DNA of 64,000 nucleotides from Klebsormidium nitens (lineage: Eukaryota > Plantae > Klebsormidiophyceae), in assembly GCA_000708835.1 (NCBI GenBank), contig DF237208.1, positions 1-64,000 on the forward strand, written 5' to 3'. Within the stretch, counting starts at the first letter, position 1, and each line of letters begins with the position of its first letter. A program made the translations under genes and the position numbers. This document shows positions 1 through 18,440 of this stretch, in pieces. Under the pieces are notes generated by a model. That model worked only from the letters and a program-made list of their open reading frames with translations, made no database searches and was not told where the DNA came from.

Positions 1-1190
1 ATCACACCCTCGATGATGCTCCTGATGGTCCGGAGCTATCAATCTGCTGGCCAAACTCTCGCATACCCTTCAGGCAGCGCACAATCTTGTCAACCACCTC
101 AGGTCTGCCCTTGAGAATGCCCCCAGGACTTTCCCTGTTACGCCGCAGTTGAGCTGCCTTGCTCCCTGCAAGCGCTGCCAGCTTCTCTTTCATCGAGTCC
201 TTCAGCTTCCAGTGGCCGTCTGGCCCGCTCCTTTCGTACCACCCTTTCATGGTGTTCACAGTCAGCTTGTCAAAGGGACTGGCAGATCTGCCCGGAGCCG
301 CCTTGATGTGTTGCAGAAAGTTGAGGGCTTCTGAGAGGGATTTGGGGTGCTTGCGGACTGCCTCGGCAATGAGTGGCCAGAGCTTAACAGACCCCCACTT
401 GGTGTAAGGGCCCTTGAGCTTCTTAGGAGCCGGAGGCTGTTGGGGTTGGGGGGTAGGCTCTGCAGCGGGGTTTTCCAGATCAATAAGCACCACTGGAGGG
501 GGTCTTTTCTTCTTTGGCCTACCCACTGGTCTCTTGGCTGCCTCAGCCGCCTGCCGCTTTGCTTCATCCCTCGCCAATTTTTCAGCATCCTTCCTCTTCT
601 GAGCTTCCCAGTGCTCAGCATCAATCTGCTTCTGTCTTTCAAGCTGTTCAGGTGTAGCTTTCTTGAAAAAAGCAGTGATCACAGCGTTGCCAGTGGGCGC
701 CATGACTGGCCCCTGTCTTCTTCCCTGGTAAAATACAAATGCAGGACCTGTCACGGTCAACAGATCATGACGGGTCCATCATCAGAGTTGCGTGGGCGCC
801 AATTGAAACTTTCGCGCCCTAACTGATAGCGAGCCAGCTCCTAGACGTTGATCTACCTACCGAGTCCAGATCGGACGGTTCACTGCAGGGCCAAGCTGGC
901 AGGGCACTCATGCCACAGTGGGCCTCGGACTCACTGTCAGGGCAGTGCCAGCCTGGCCGCGGCGTGGCGCGACGGGCGGCCGCGCCGGCCTTGGCGCGCG
1001 GCGGCGGCGCTTCGCGCCGCAAACCCTAAATCTGCGCGGTCAAGCAGTGCGAAAACCTAAACTCGAATTTCCCGAGTGCGAAATCACAAACTGAAATAAA
1101 TAATTCTTCAAGGCCCGGTGCGAAAACGAAAAATGAACGAAAATAATTCATTTTTTGGGCCCTGTGCGAAATGGGTTGGTCGGTACGGTA
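1..1190 (-). mobile_element. 5' end of a pogo/Tc2-like (IS630-Tc1-mariner superfamily) DNA transposon; continues off the left edge of the window
   Basis: On the minus strand the element would begin TA|CCGTACCGACC (end at 1188, TA at 1189-1190), resembling Tc2/pogo-type CCGTA termini with a TA target. Four subterminal GTGCGAAA motifs lie at 1047, 1076, 1118 and 1164. An intronless basic ORF lies inside. The other end is not visible, so the TIR cannot be confirmed. Confidence 0.5.
2..703 (-). pseudogene. Probable transposase N-terminal region (basic/AT-hook-like RPVGRPKK plus helical DNA-binding region), frameshifted near position 30
   Basis: Part of ORF 2..760, read from the ATG at 703 (MAPTGNAVITAFFKK...). 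After LKGMREFGQQIDSS the frame reaches TGA, while the adjacent frame reads TIRSIIEGV, the expected continuation for this type of helical segment (inference). Confidence 0.45.
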
Positions 1191-1915
1191 CTACTACCTA
1201 GGTACACGCAGATCTGTACTGTACGTTGACAGATTTGTTTGCTGCTCTGTTCTGGATCTGCAAATTTGATTTGTGGTGCTAAGGAGAGAAGCTGAGCCTT
1301 GAGGCAAAAGGGCGCCCGATCTTATCTGTTCTAACAGGCAAGAGGGTAGCTGGTGGAGAACGATCTGAATTCTGTCCCCCAAACAATCAGAAGTCACACC
1401 GTGTAATCTAGGTGCATTTCTTACAGACAGGATCTGCAGATATCAAACTTTCAGGTAATATGGCCGGTAACGGTGCCCCTTTGCATATTATGGCATGCTG
1501 CTGTTTTGGTTTTTGTTTACATCCTCAAAGCAGGGGGTCCCTAGTCTCTGCCTTTGAAGCTGTGCCAAGCACCTTATGGAGTTGCTGATTGGTGCTCTTA
1601 GATCAGCCTGCTTTTCTAATCAGCTCGCCTTCTTCGGCACTCAGCTTGCACAAATCTGTATGGTTTCCAACTTTTAATCGTTTGAACAGATTGATGATTG
1701 CACATGGCCACCAGATTGATCAGCAAATCGTCAGATCTGCTTGGGGTGACAGCTCAAATTGCCTCTGATCTTACACTGGCTCCCTGCAGTGGACGTAACA
1801 GTTGAGCAGTTGTACATGCGAGGTAAAGTATTAAGTGGCCCTTTCCGCTTAGTATCTGCAACTAGGTTGAGCTGCCCCTTGCAACTGCTACTCCTGCACA
1901 CTTCTCTCGGTAGAG

Positions 1916-8119
<6,204 letters not shown>

Positions 8120-9637
8120 GGGCGTTGTGAAGAAAAAGACAAGCTATAAAACTAGAATGTGCGGCAATGCATGCGTATGTCATCCTCTTTCTTTGTCCGA
8201 CAAGGAGATGGACTCTCATCTTGTGAGAGTGCGGGGAAGAATGAGGGGGGGCGGGTTTTGAAACAATACTGGGTGTGGCCGCTATATGGCGTTTCTTGCA
8301 GCCAAGGCCACATGATTACCTCTCGGACCTTGTTTTAAATCAGAGTGGGCCACGTTTCTTGTGGGCGACATCTTGATTGTCCCCATTGCATGTCCTGAAG
8401 CGTAGAGTAAGCATTTGGTATGTAGACGAGTCTTTAGATCTGACCGTCGGACGTTCTCGCATTATGGCATGATGCAAGCTTGTGGCATCATGGTTAGCAT
8501 ACTACTTTTGCTATTGGAGGTATCCAGAATAGACTTCTCCAGCTCAAAAAAGGGACGATTGTTTTCAGTAGAAGATTCCATATAAGGCGTCACTATAAGT
8601 CGTTGAAACTCGATTCAACCCATCAGTCCAAAAACCAGTCTTTGGAATATGCTCCATGTCCTGATCTATGACGGACATCACACCGCGCTACCTATCGTGT
8701 ACGAAAATGGTTTTTCTCTTGCAATATGGCTGCTCCATGTACTGATTTAGGACGGACATCAAGCTGCACTGAGGGCGGCCGCATCACTATGTGCGGTATG
8801 TACGGTACATGGGACTCAATACAGCGGCCCGTGCATAATCGACCTAGCTGCACACATTTCGAGCATGCATGATGTCAACAGCAGCCGGGCCTCATGACAA
8901 TGGTTGTAGTGTTCAGAAACCGACAATGATTTATGTACGGTATGGGTGCAAGATAAGCACGATCCGGTCCCACAAGTGCAACAGCGTATACATCATCAGA
9001 TTAATCAATTTTGCAGGCGATCGGCGTCTCCAGGAGGCTAGCTCACATGCCGCCATATATACCAGTTTTTGCTTTTTACATCAAGTTTCAATACGATGAT
9101 GCTACTAACCAACTCTCTCAGCAATTACTTTGCTAGTAGAGCAGAGAACCTACATTTACAAAGACTTCACAAACTTGATTGCAAAGCCATTCCTGGATCG
9201 CAAGCAGCGGGTACCACACTGCTGCTATCCAAGCATGCAGATCCATGGGCTCAAAAATACTGGAGTACTTGAGCAAGTGAGGACGCCTATAAGTGAGCTT
9301 GTGACGAGGAAGCTCTATATTCTTATTTTTGGTTGGCGGCAGTGAAGTTGGTGGCCGGTCATTGCATTGGTGAATACAAGATCGCAATTCTCTACACTTA
9401 ACTGCTTCCGCTTCCGCCGAAGAGGTAGGGCTTGCCCAAGATCTGCTCGTTCCTAACCTTATCAAGGTCCGATGAACCAAGAAACCTGTTCCTACGAGTC
9501 ACGCTCTGAAGCTGATGTCTCTTTCTAAACACCTAATCACTTTACATCTGTACAAGGTCAAGATCGATATTGTACAACTTCTTAACGGTACAACAAAGAT
9601 AAGCACGAAGTCCTCACTTCCATCCGTCTGGTTGACG

Positions 9638-10766
9638 TCACCTACTTTGACAGGCGGGACAAGGGAGCCTTCCCAGTCCTCGACAATCTTGACAAGTACC
9701 AACCGGCAAGCGATTTGCTAGGGACCTTGGTGCAGAGTCTGGTTTCTGCCGTGAAAACAACTGGGTGACAAAGTTGTTTGGCTTTGGTCTGGACAGCCCC
9801 GCTTGACACCGCCTACAAGGCAAAGCCTTCGCTCCCCCGCATGTTTCACAAAGTCCCAAATCTCTGTAAGTGGAATGAGGAGTGAGAAAGGCGGTGGATA
9901 AGCAAGTAACAAGACGACAAGCAATTCGCAAGTGCCGACCAGTAGTTTTGATCGGTGAGCAGATCGCAGCTAAGCAAGGATTCGCAAAAAGTCCACGGAT
10001 CGGAATCCGTCAAAAGGACTGATTCACATGGGAGAAACAACTCAGAATTGCATTCACAGTCCTCGCACCCACCTACATGGCAAATCATGGCCTCATATTA
10101 TCTTTCTCTGCTCAACCCGGAGGTTGCTAAGATCCGAAAGATGGTATTATAAAGTGTGTATAATCATTGGCCATGACTCAGACGCCTTTAGTTGTAAAGA
10201 AGCTTTCAAAAATTCCACAAAAACTCCAAACAGATAGAGATAAAAGTATGCATTCTCAGCATGTCATTCCGCTTGGTCACTTAGCAGGCCGGACTTAAGT
10301 TCGTTCCCAACATACAAAGGCTCAACCAAATCAACCTAGAACCAGAATGCAGATGTAAGATTCAAAAGGAGACATCTCACTTCGTGACTGCGCGAACCAG
10401 CAACACTTGACTGAACCCCTGGTAAAGGTTTCTACCACCATCAAACAGTGACGAAAAGCCCCAAAGGTATTCTGGAACCCAGCAGCAAAGCATCTTCACT
10501 TGAGCGTACAGAAGCTTGCATAAAATGACACAAGGAGAAACCTTCTCCAGACTAACCACTCCAACTGGTGGCACCCGCCACCGTCATATTTCGCGAAGGA
10601 AGCATTTCAGGTAGGAGGAACGGCCTCACCTTCTTTGCTCACGCGCCACAAAGGCATCCCATCTAGGAGCATTTGCAAACCCTACCACCAACGCGGCACC
10701 AAAAACAAACCCTGCAATCTCATTAGCAGGCACCGCTACCAAGGCGTCCAGGACAGAAGACGACAT
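9638..10766 (-). CDS. DnaJ-type zinc-finger (CxxCxGxG-like) small membrane protein, 120 aa
   Basis: Exons 10766-10630 and 9863-9638 (GT-AG, 363 nt). Translation: MSSSVLDALVAVPANEIAGFVFGAALVVGFANAPRWDAFVAREQRRDLGLCETCGGAKALPCRRCQAG...TCQDCRGLGRLPCPACQSR*. One hydrophobic helix followed by four CxxC pairs, as in plant DnaJ-related zinc-finger proteins. Confidence 0.85.
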
Positions 10767-11762
10767 TGTCACCGGCACCAAAAACTATGAGACTGGCTTG
10801 TTTTTGCCACCGGCTCTTATGACAATGTGACACAAGGTGCAGGCGTCTGCAATCCTCATAGCACTGCTCGTGACATTGAATCACGGGCAATGCCGCCTGC
10901 AACGTGCACTGCGTCCTGAGCTTCTCTCTCGTGCTTCAAAAATTTACTACTTGGAACTTCATTCAAATGGCATGCATTGCTGCTGGACGGTGCTGCACTT
11001 TTCCATGTGACTTCAAGTTCAAGCCACTTCAAGCTGGCTTGCACGGGTTTCCTGCTAACCGGCTTCGTTTGGCTTCGAATCTCGACGCAGTTTTTTTCCG
11101 ACGGACTGGAGTTTGTGAATTGCTTCGAGTTCGACGTCGATCGGTCAACTGCACAGCTTCGTCACGTGGTTAAGTGTAAAAGTTTAGAAAATGCAGGGCT
11201 CGACGCAGCTCGACGAGCAAAGCAGGAAGGCTTAGGAGAGGCGTTGTTCTGGACTCTGGAGCTGGCAAGGGGAGCCTGCTGGGCCTGCCAGTGAAGCTCA
11301 AGCCTAAGATTCAAAGCTCTTGTCATTGAGCTCTTGCATGAGGTTTAGAATCCGAGCCTGAAGCTGCGGCCAGGGAATCTGATTTCTGGTCTTTCAAATT
11401 GAGGAGCTTCGTGTCTAAGATCGGTTCCCGTGCTGTCCAACCGCCAGGCCAGATGTCAATTGAAATGCAAGGTGCATGATCTGGGCAGCGGTAAACAAGG
11501 GTTTGCAAAGGGAGGATTTAAAACAATCAGCGCCGTGTGAGGGCTCATCCAGCAAATCCAGCGTCAACAATTGTCCTGTGTTTAGATCAATCAGCACAGC
11601 CTGTACAAAGCAAGAGAATTCGCCCAACTAGAAACCTCTGCATTTGTGTTTGCAAATTAGTTCAACACAATTGGACAATTGGATCAAGCCAGTTGCTGAT
11701 CAGGGTTCCAAGTGGCTGCGATTTCCAAATAGGAAGCTAGAGGAGCTTGCTGTGGACGCGCC

Positions 11763-14700
11763 ATGGCAGATTCGCAGGAGTCGATGAAAGAGCAGGTACC
11801 TACTGTGTTCCTGGTCAATTGCAGTTATGGGTTGCCTTTCAAAATTACACCTTTCTGTCCAGCAATGTGCACTTTCAATGCCATTCATAGCAGCTCGTGG
11901 TTGTTCCAGCTACATTGGTCTCCTATGGGCTTACTCGTTGGGTGTTATTGTCTCCACCTCATTGCATCTTTGGATTCATAGAAAAGTCATTAGCAGTAAG
12001 TGCTGAAGCTTCCGCTTGCCTGTTCTTCATGACTGCGTCACATTTATGTTTCGTCCATTCCAATGCTGCAGGTGCTCAAGCGCGAAATACCATGGGAAAC
12101 ATACATGACTGCCAAGATGATCCAGGGGACGGATCTGATGTTGTTGAGGCGCTACGATCATCGCGGCCCTGAGGTGCAATCGCAGCTCCTAAACCAGGTG
12201 GGGCGAGTATTCTGTGCTCATATATTGACTAATCCTGGGACTTAAAATCCTCCCTTCTTGAATAGAATGACATAGGTTGCAGTTTATTCACCTTAAGAAA
12301 GGCCAATTGCACAGGACTTTTAAGTTGACTGTCTCTATGATTTGACATACGCCTTGCAGTGTTCTCAGACGAGGTCAAATGCGCGGCCACCACAATCAGG
12401 CAGAATTTGAGCCAGTGCAGGTCTGTCAAGGCACACAGCTTTGTAGTGCTTATCAGATTTCCCCTGAGGTGCACCATGTATTTCAGCCAGTTTCAAAGCT
12501 GCAATCCACTCACATATATCTACGGGTCTACAGGACGGAGCGGCATACTTCAAGACTTTCCTGGCTGTCCTTAGGAACGTGTCTAAAGAAGAAACTACGG
12601 AGTATGTCTTGACTCTCTTAGATGAGGCCCTGCAAGGTGAGCCAAGCAAACCAGGGGAAAAGCACAAGAACGAATTTTTCCCCCCATTAAATAGGGGCTA
12701 TATAGCCTGATTGCAGCATAGACTTGTCTGAATTATGGCCACGAGTGCCAGGAATTACATTTCAGTGGTTTCATTCGCTGACTGTCTTTCTTGTCTCTTT
12801 GATGCCATTACCTCAGACCCTGCAATGGTCTTCTTAACCAAGGCTGTCTTGAAGCTCAGTCTGTTGTGCAGATTGTGATCAAGCAAAGTGCAAGTTGCGC
12901 AGATTGTTTGCTTTAGGGAATTAAACCACAAGCCCGTGGCGGTGAGGCATGTTAATCTACGCTTTGCAGCGGTACCCTCTCGAGCTGCACTGTTCCATGA
13001 CAAGACCCTGGCGGCAGATGATATCTACGGCCCCTTTCTCAGGTGACTTGCGCACAAGACCTCCGATCATGTGTTTAGGAATGCATGGAGCACAACCCCA
13101 AACTTTGAAATTGACATTGCATCAATGGTTCCAAGTTCTTACTGAGGAAGAATCTAGATGACCTTCTTGATACCAGTCCTGTTAATTATCCCTCTTTGAA
13201 CCTGGCCATGCCGCCTGAGATTGATCACCACCTTTCGGCCTCTATCAAAAGTTCCATATCTGGAAAGTTCTGGTTTCTCCAATCTTTGAGCGAGACTTTG
13301 CTTGCCACACAGTGGTTCCTTCACCTGCCCAGGCACCTGGATGACTGCCGTCAGCGTTTCAGTCCGCTGCAGATCTGGCGCCCTTCACAGAAGCTGCTTC
13401 ACGCCTTCAGTCAATTGCACACTTTTTGGCACATGGCCAAATCATAAGCGGGCAGTAGTCACGTTGTAACCATGTAAGAACCGTTCAATCATTTCCCTGG
13501 TCACAGGTGTCTCACTCGCAAGAACTGGTTCACTCAGGAAAGGGCCACTCGCATCCTGACGCTCATAATCAGGTAAGTAGAGAAGCCTTTCCCCAACGCC
13601 CTGATACAATTCATCCGTTGGCACCTTTTCTCATGCGAAGCGTTCTCTGCCTGAGCAGATTTCTGCTCACCTTTTTGCAGCAAAGTCGTATTGTCTGAAA
13701 GGCCCTCCTATTTCAAGTTCGCTTCTCTTTGGTCCTTTCCCTCGCTTCGTCTTGAATATCCAATTCTTCTCCTACTTGATTTTGGTTCCACCCTTTGGCA
13801 CAGTTCGCGCCCCAGGGCGGGTGGCTCCGCACCCAACGGCACTTCTGCCAATGGCGCCTCTACGTCATCTGCAGCCACTGTCCCCTTCGACTCTTTGGAC
13901 CCCATCGTCAGCCCCTTTATCGACTTCCTCTGCGCCCAGGTAAGTTCTTCCGTCGCTTTGAAACTCTGAAAGAGAGATGACTGAGTAATGAACCTTTGGA
14001 AAAACGGTTGTGAGCGCCAACTCGTTGCCCCGGCTATTGTTTTGAGTTTGTCGGGGTTGGACAGACGAAGACCTTCATGCTTCTGTTTTGGATGTGTGCA
14101 AGAGGAAGAGCAGATAATAATACTTTTGCCAAAGCTCAGTGATGCGTAGCAAAAGTCCGTCGGGACAATAAGAGAGTCGTTAACGACGAGGTAACGCCCC
14201 ATATTGAGCATTTCAAGGTGATGAAGGCTCCATTCAAGCTCTGACTACTTCATTCTTCTGATCTCGCCGATCCAGATTCTCTTCAGTATTCCGGGTCTGG
14301 TCCAACTCTGGTAACCTTCACCTCTGGCCCGTTGAGGACAAGAAACATCAAGAAACAACGCGGATCTTCGAACTGAAAAATGATCTACCAAGTGAGCCGA
14401 GCTCATCCTGACGTCACTCTGCAGCTGAAGAGCCCCTCCCACCCCTCCCGTTCGGTCCCCACGGCGATCAGCGCCCTCGCCGCTCTGCTGCGGGAGCGCT
14501 CGTACCGCCCGCTGCTCGTGAAGGCGGACGGTGTCAAGCTGCTCGCGCCACACATCGTGCCGCCCTCCGGCCAACAACACGTGCAGGTAAACTCACTCCA
14601 CAGGCGATACCCTTGAATCTCTGTATCTGAATCCCGAATCAGACTTGAAATCAGTTCTTCTATGAGCAGGCGGGTATTGCGCTGTTTGGATAAGCTCTAG

Positions 14701-17567
14701 GTAAGATAATCTGTAGTTCGGTTTTGCACGGGAGATCACCTGACACCTGGCCGCTATCATTTTTCTTTCCGGCTGCCTCCGTCCTCTTCTGCGGCTGGTT
14801 GGCTAGGGCTGCTTCGACGCCTCGCTGTCTACTTTTCACCCTGTGTCCACCATTCGTCCGCTCATCCTGCTCTCAACTGACTGCCAATAACCCTGCCCTC
14901 CGTATATACATGTAATCTTCCTCTAATGCAGCTGGTATAGGAGGCCGTGTGGCTGCTGACCTTCCACGAGCCAGAAGAGGCCGCCATCCGTCAGCTTGAC
15001 TCTCCCTCAACCCACTGCTTATGACCCTTCCACCCCGCTTATGTTCCGTTTCCGTCCTCTTCTGCAGCTGGTGTACAAGGCTGCCCTTGCAGTGTAGCTG
15101 CTAAATTTCCACGAGCCGGCCCAAGCCGCCAAACGACCTCCTTTCTTCCTTTTCACCGGCTCCTTATGACCCTTCCACCCCCGCTTATGTTGCGTCTCTT
15201 TCCTCTTCTGCAGCTGGTATACGAGGCCGTCCTCGCGGTGTGGCTGCTCACCTTCCACGAGCCGGCGCAGGCCGCCTCTCCCGCTCTCGACCGCCTGCTT
15301 ATCACCATTGCCCTCCGCTTATATACGTAATTCGTGCTCTTTGCAGCTGGTGTACGAGGCCGTCCTCGCAGTGTGGCTGCTGACCTTCCACAAGCCGGCC
15401 CAGGCCGCCAATTGGCCTCCTTTCTTTCTTCGAACCGACTGCTTATGATCCTTCCACCCCCGCTTATGTTGCGTCTCTTTCCTCTTCCGCAGCTGGTATA
15501 CGAGGCCGTCCTCTCGGTGTGGCTGCTCACCTTCCACGAGCCGGCGCAGGCCGCCAAACGGCCTCCTTTCTTCCTTTTAACCGGCTCCTAATAACCCTTC
15601 CACCCGCGCTTATGTTGGGTCTCTTTCCTCTTCTGCAGCTGGTATACGAGGCCGTCCTCGCGGTGTGGCTTCTGACCTTCCACGAGCCGGCGCAGGCCGC
15701 GATCCGCGCCGCGCGCATCATCCCCAAGCTCATCGACGTCGCCAAGAGCGGCGCCAAGGAGAAGGTCGTGCGGGTCGCTGTGCTCTCGCTCAAGAACCTC
15801 TTCGACAAGTTCGGCAGCGACATGATCGAGCACGGCCTTCTCAAGGTGGGCCGCCAGAGTGCTTGGACCTGTGGCGCAGTCAACCAACCTGACAATCCGG
15901 ATACCAGCTGGAAGCGAGTAGCTTGGGGTTCCTCAACTTTGCCAGAAATGGTCCAGGACCGTTTGTCTGGCATACTCGTGCAAACCCGATTGGAAAGAAA
16001 CATCAGACGCGTTCGTTTCTCGGCGTCGAAACGAACGAACCCCAGCGTTGCGAACCCCGGTCGGTTCCAAACACACCGTGCTTTGCGCGCGGACCGTATT
16101 GGAGTCGTTCGAGTGGTCAGCCCTAGTCAACTCTTTTGCAATTCTTATTGACCTCATACCTGGTGCAATACGTGGTCAAACCGCTCCTCCTCTGCTCGCT
16201 GCAGGTAGTGGTCATTCTGCAGCTCCAGTCGTGGAGCGACGAGGACCTGAGCGCGGCACTGCAGGCCCTGGAGGAGTCTGCCAAGAGCAACATCAAGGTG
16301 AGGGCACACCTGACTTGCGTCATTGCTATTATCTACCTCTTTGACTGAACTCTGACATTCGTCCCGAGACGAATGTCAGAATACGTCCTCGTAGCTTTCG
16401 GAGCATCAACGAACACAGAGACGTCTCCTCAGGTTGCGGCGCATTGACTGACGACAATGTCAGGGAGCATTTCAAGGGCATGCTTTCTAAGGATTGTTCA
16501 AGAAGCAGTCCAGAGTAAGTTGTGCCTTGCACTATCTTGTTTCGCGAACTCACCTCAAACCGTGACTTTGAGCTACGTGCGCATCATTGGACCTGGGCAA
16601 CGACGTCTCCTTAAGGAATCAGCATCGCCTGGTGCCTGCAGATCCTGAGCTCCTTTGACCAGTACAAGGCGGAGGTCCTCTCCGGCAACCTGGACTGGAC
16701 GCCCATGCACAAGGACGCCAGCTTCTGGCGGGAGAACATCGGCAAGTTCGAGGAGAACGACTTCCAGGTCAGTCGCTTCTCTCTTGTACGGGTCCCTTGC
16801 TAGGAGAGGCTTAGGTGTCCGAAAAATGACGATCAGTCGCTCCGCTTTGGGTGTACAAATATATTTGCGAAATTCTGGAGTGCCAGGAGATGACGACAAG
16901 CCTTAGTGATTGTTGCGAAAAGAGGGAACACCTAAGCCGCCTTACGAGGCGTTCGCGGTGCTTTTCTGGAATTGTTACATCATGCACGAGCCCTATTTGT
17001 GGGGTTCGCTCCTGTTATTGAGACGCCTCGTTGCGAGTCCCTTCGCAGCTATTTGACAGTCGTTGTGGCTACCAGAAGGACTGTTTTGGCAGGCCATGAT
17101 GGCAGGATTGTCGGCTGGAACAAACTATGACCCTAGGGGGCGCTTGGCACACTCTCTTCAATCCGCCGCCGGAACGGGTGAACTGCAAAGATTATTGATC
17201 ACAAGGAACTTTGTCGGGAAGTGTCGCAATGCCCAGGGATGCGAACTCGTCTCTCGTGCGTCCATCCCCACTTGCGATCTGTGGCGCGTCTCTTCTGACG
17301 TCACTCCCTGGCTTGCAGACCCTGCGTGTGCTGATCACGCTCCTGGAATCATCCAACGACTCGCGCACGCTCGCGGTCGCGTGCCACGACCTGGGCCAGT
17401 TCATCCAGTACCACCCAGCGGGGCGGGGCGTCGCGCTGGACCTCAAGGCCAAGGAGAAGGTGATGGGCCGCATGACGCACCCGGACCCGGAAGTGCAGAA
17501 GCAGGCGCTGCTGTGCATTCAGAAGCTGCTACTGAGCGCGAAGTATACGAGCTATCTCCAGACCTGA
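11763..17567 (+). CDS. VHA-H: V-type proton ATPase subunit H, 457 aa
   Basis: Eleven exons: 11763-11795, 12072-12197, 12534-12636, 12970-13042, 13507-13572, 13804-13939, 14425-14586, 15639-15845, 16205-16297, 16642-16767, 17319-17567. Phases are consistent (1374 nt). Hallmarks: [61 protein letters not shown]. Confidence 0.97.
14895..15702 (+). repeat. Six tandem copies of the VHA-H intron-7 3' end plus the first ~63 nt of exon 8
   Basis: CAG|CTGGT.TA.GAGGC...GTGTGGCTGCT.ACCTTCCACGAGCC.GC..AGGCCGC starts at 14932, 15068, 15214, 15347, 15493 and 15639 (the true exon). Spacings are 136, 146, 133, 146 and 146. Confidence 0.95.
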
Positions 17568-18440
17568 GGAATAGGGGCTCGAGATATCGTGTTGGGATCT
17601 TTAGATTGCTCGATGTGGAAAGTATTCTTATGCGTTCTGCACCACAGCAGATGCAGTGATGTACAGAGAGTGTATGGAGGCGCCCTGAGTCCTCACTAAG
17701 CCCATTGGAATGAGCCCATTGAAGTGTTCGACCATAACGTTAGGCAGTCTGGTGCTTCAATTCAGCGCTGCTGTTCCACTGACAACACGTCACTTGCACG
17801 TTTGCAACATGAAGGCAGCGTACATGTCGGGCTCTGCAAATCGCTACTCGGCTAAACGAGTCCCCTTTAGTTGCACATGTACGTGCGGACTATGTATGCG
17901 CACGCAACATATTGTTCCATTTCGGCGCGGCGACGAAATCAGTCACTCGCTCCTGCTGGAGTAGAAATCTTCAACCGCGCTGTGCAGCTGCGCCATGGCC
18001 ATGGCCCGAGATCCTAGACACATGCGCTAGACATATGAACACGCGCATGCTTGATAGTACGTAATCTGCCTACTCAAGTTTGCATGCATGCCTAGATTGA
18101 AATGTACCACGCGTTGGACCGTCACCCATGGCTGCACCCAACACACATGAGGGCAACCATGGACCCAAGTACTAGATGACCGTACAGGCACGCAGTCGCA
18201 TGCTGAAGAATTTGATTGTCAACTTGGCAACCAATCAGTCGACTATAGATCCGAGGCTCCGACAGCTTTGCTTTTCCACCTAGGACGGCATCATTGTTGG
18301 GGTGGGAAGGTGCATCAGTGCGCTTGATAATGTCTGGCCGGATGCCAGATCCCTGTTGACATTGTTTCCATGATACTCGACGTATTGGAAAGACGACTTT
18401 GGTATGTGCCAAGCTGGTGGCAGCAGAGCTGCATTGATCG

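Noticed and set aside
10856-11044. Possible upstream transit-peptide exon for the zinc-finger gene
   Set aside because: An in-frame TAG at 10785-10787 precedes the ATG at 10766, and no compatible donor was found upstream.
14895-15702. Repeat-spacer-like array that could be mistaken for a CRISPR array
   Set aside because: The repeat units are exon-8 coding sequence of a eukaryotic gene, the spacers are homologous to each other, and no cas genes are present.
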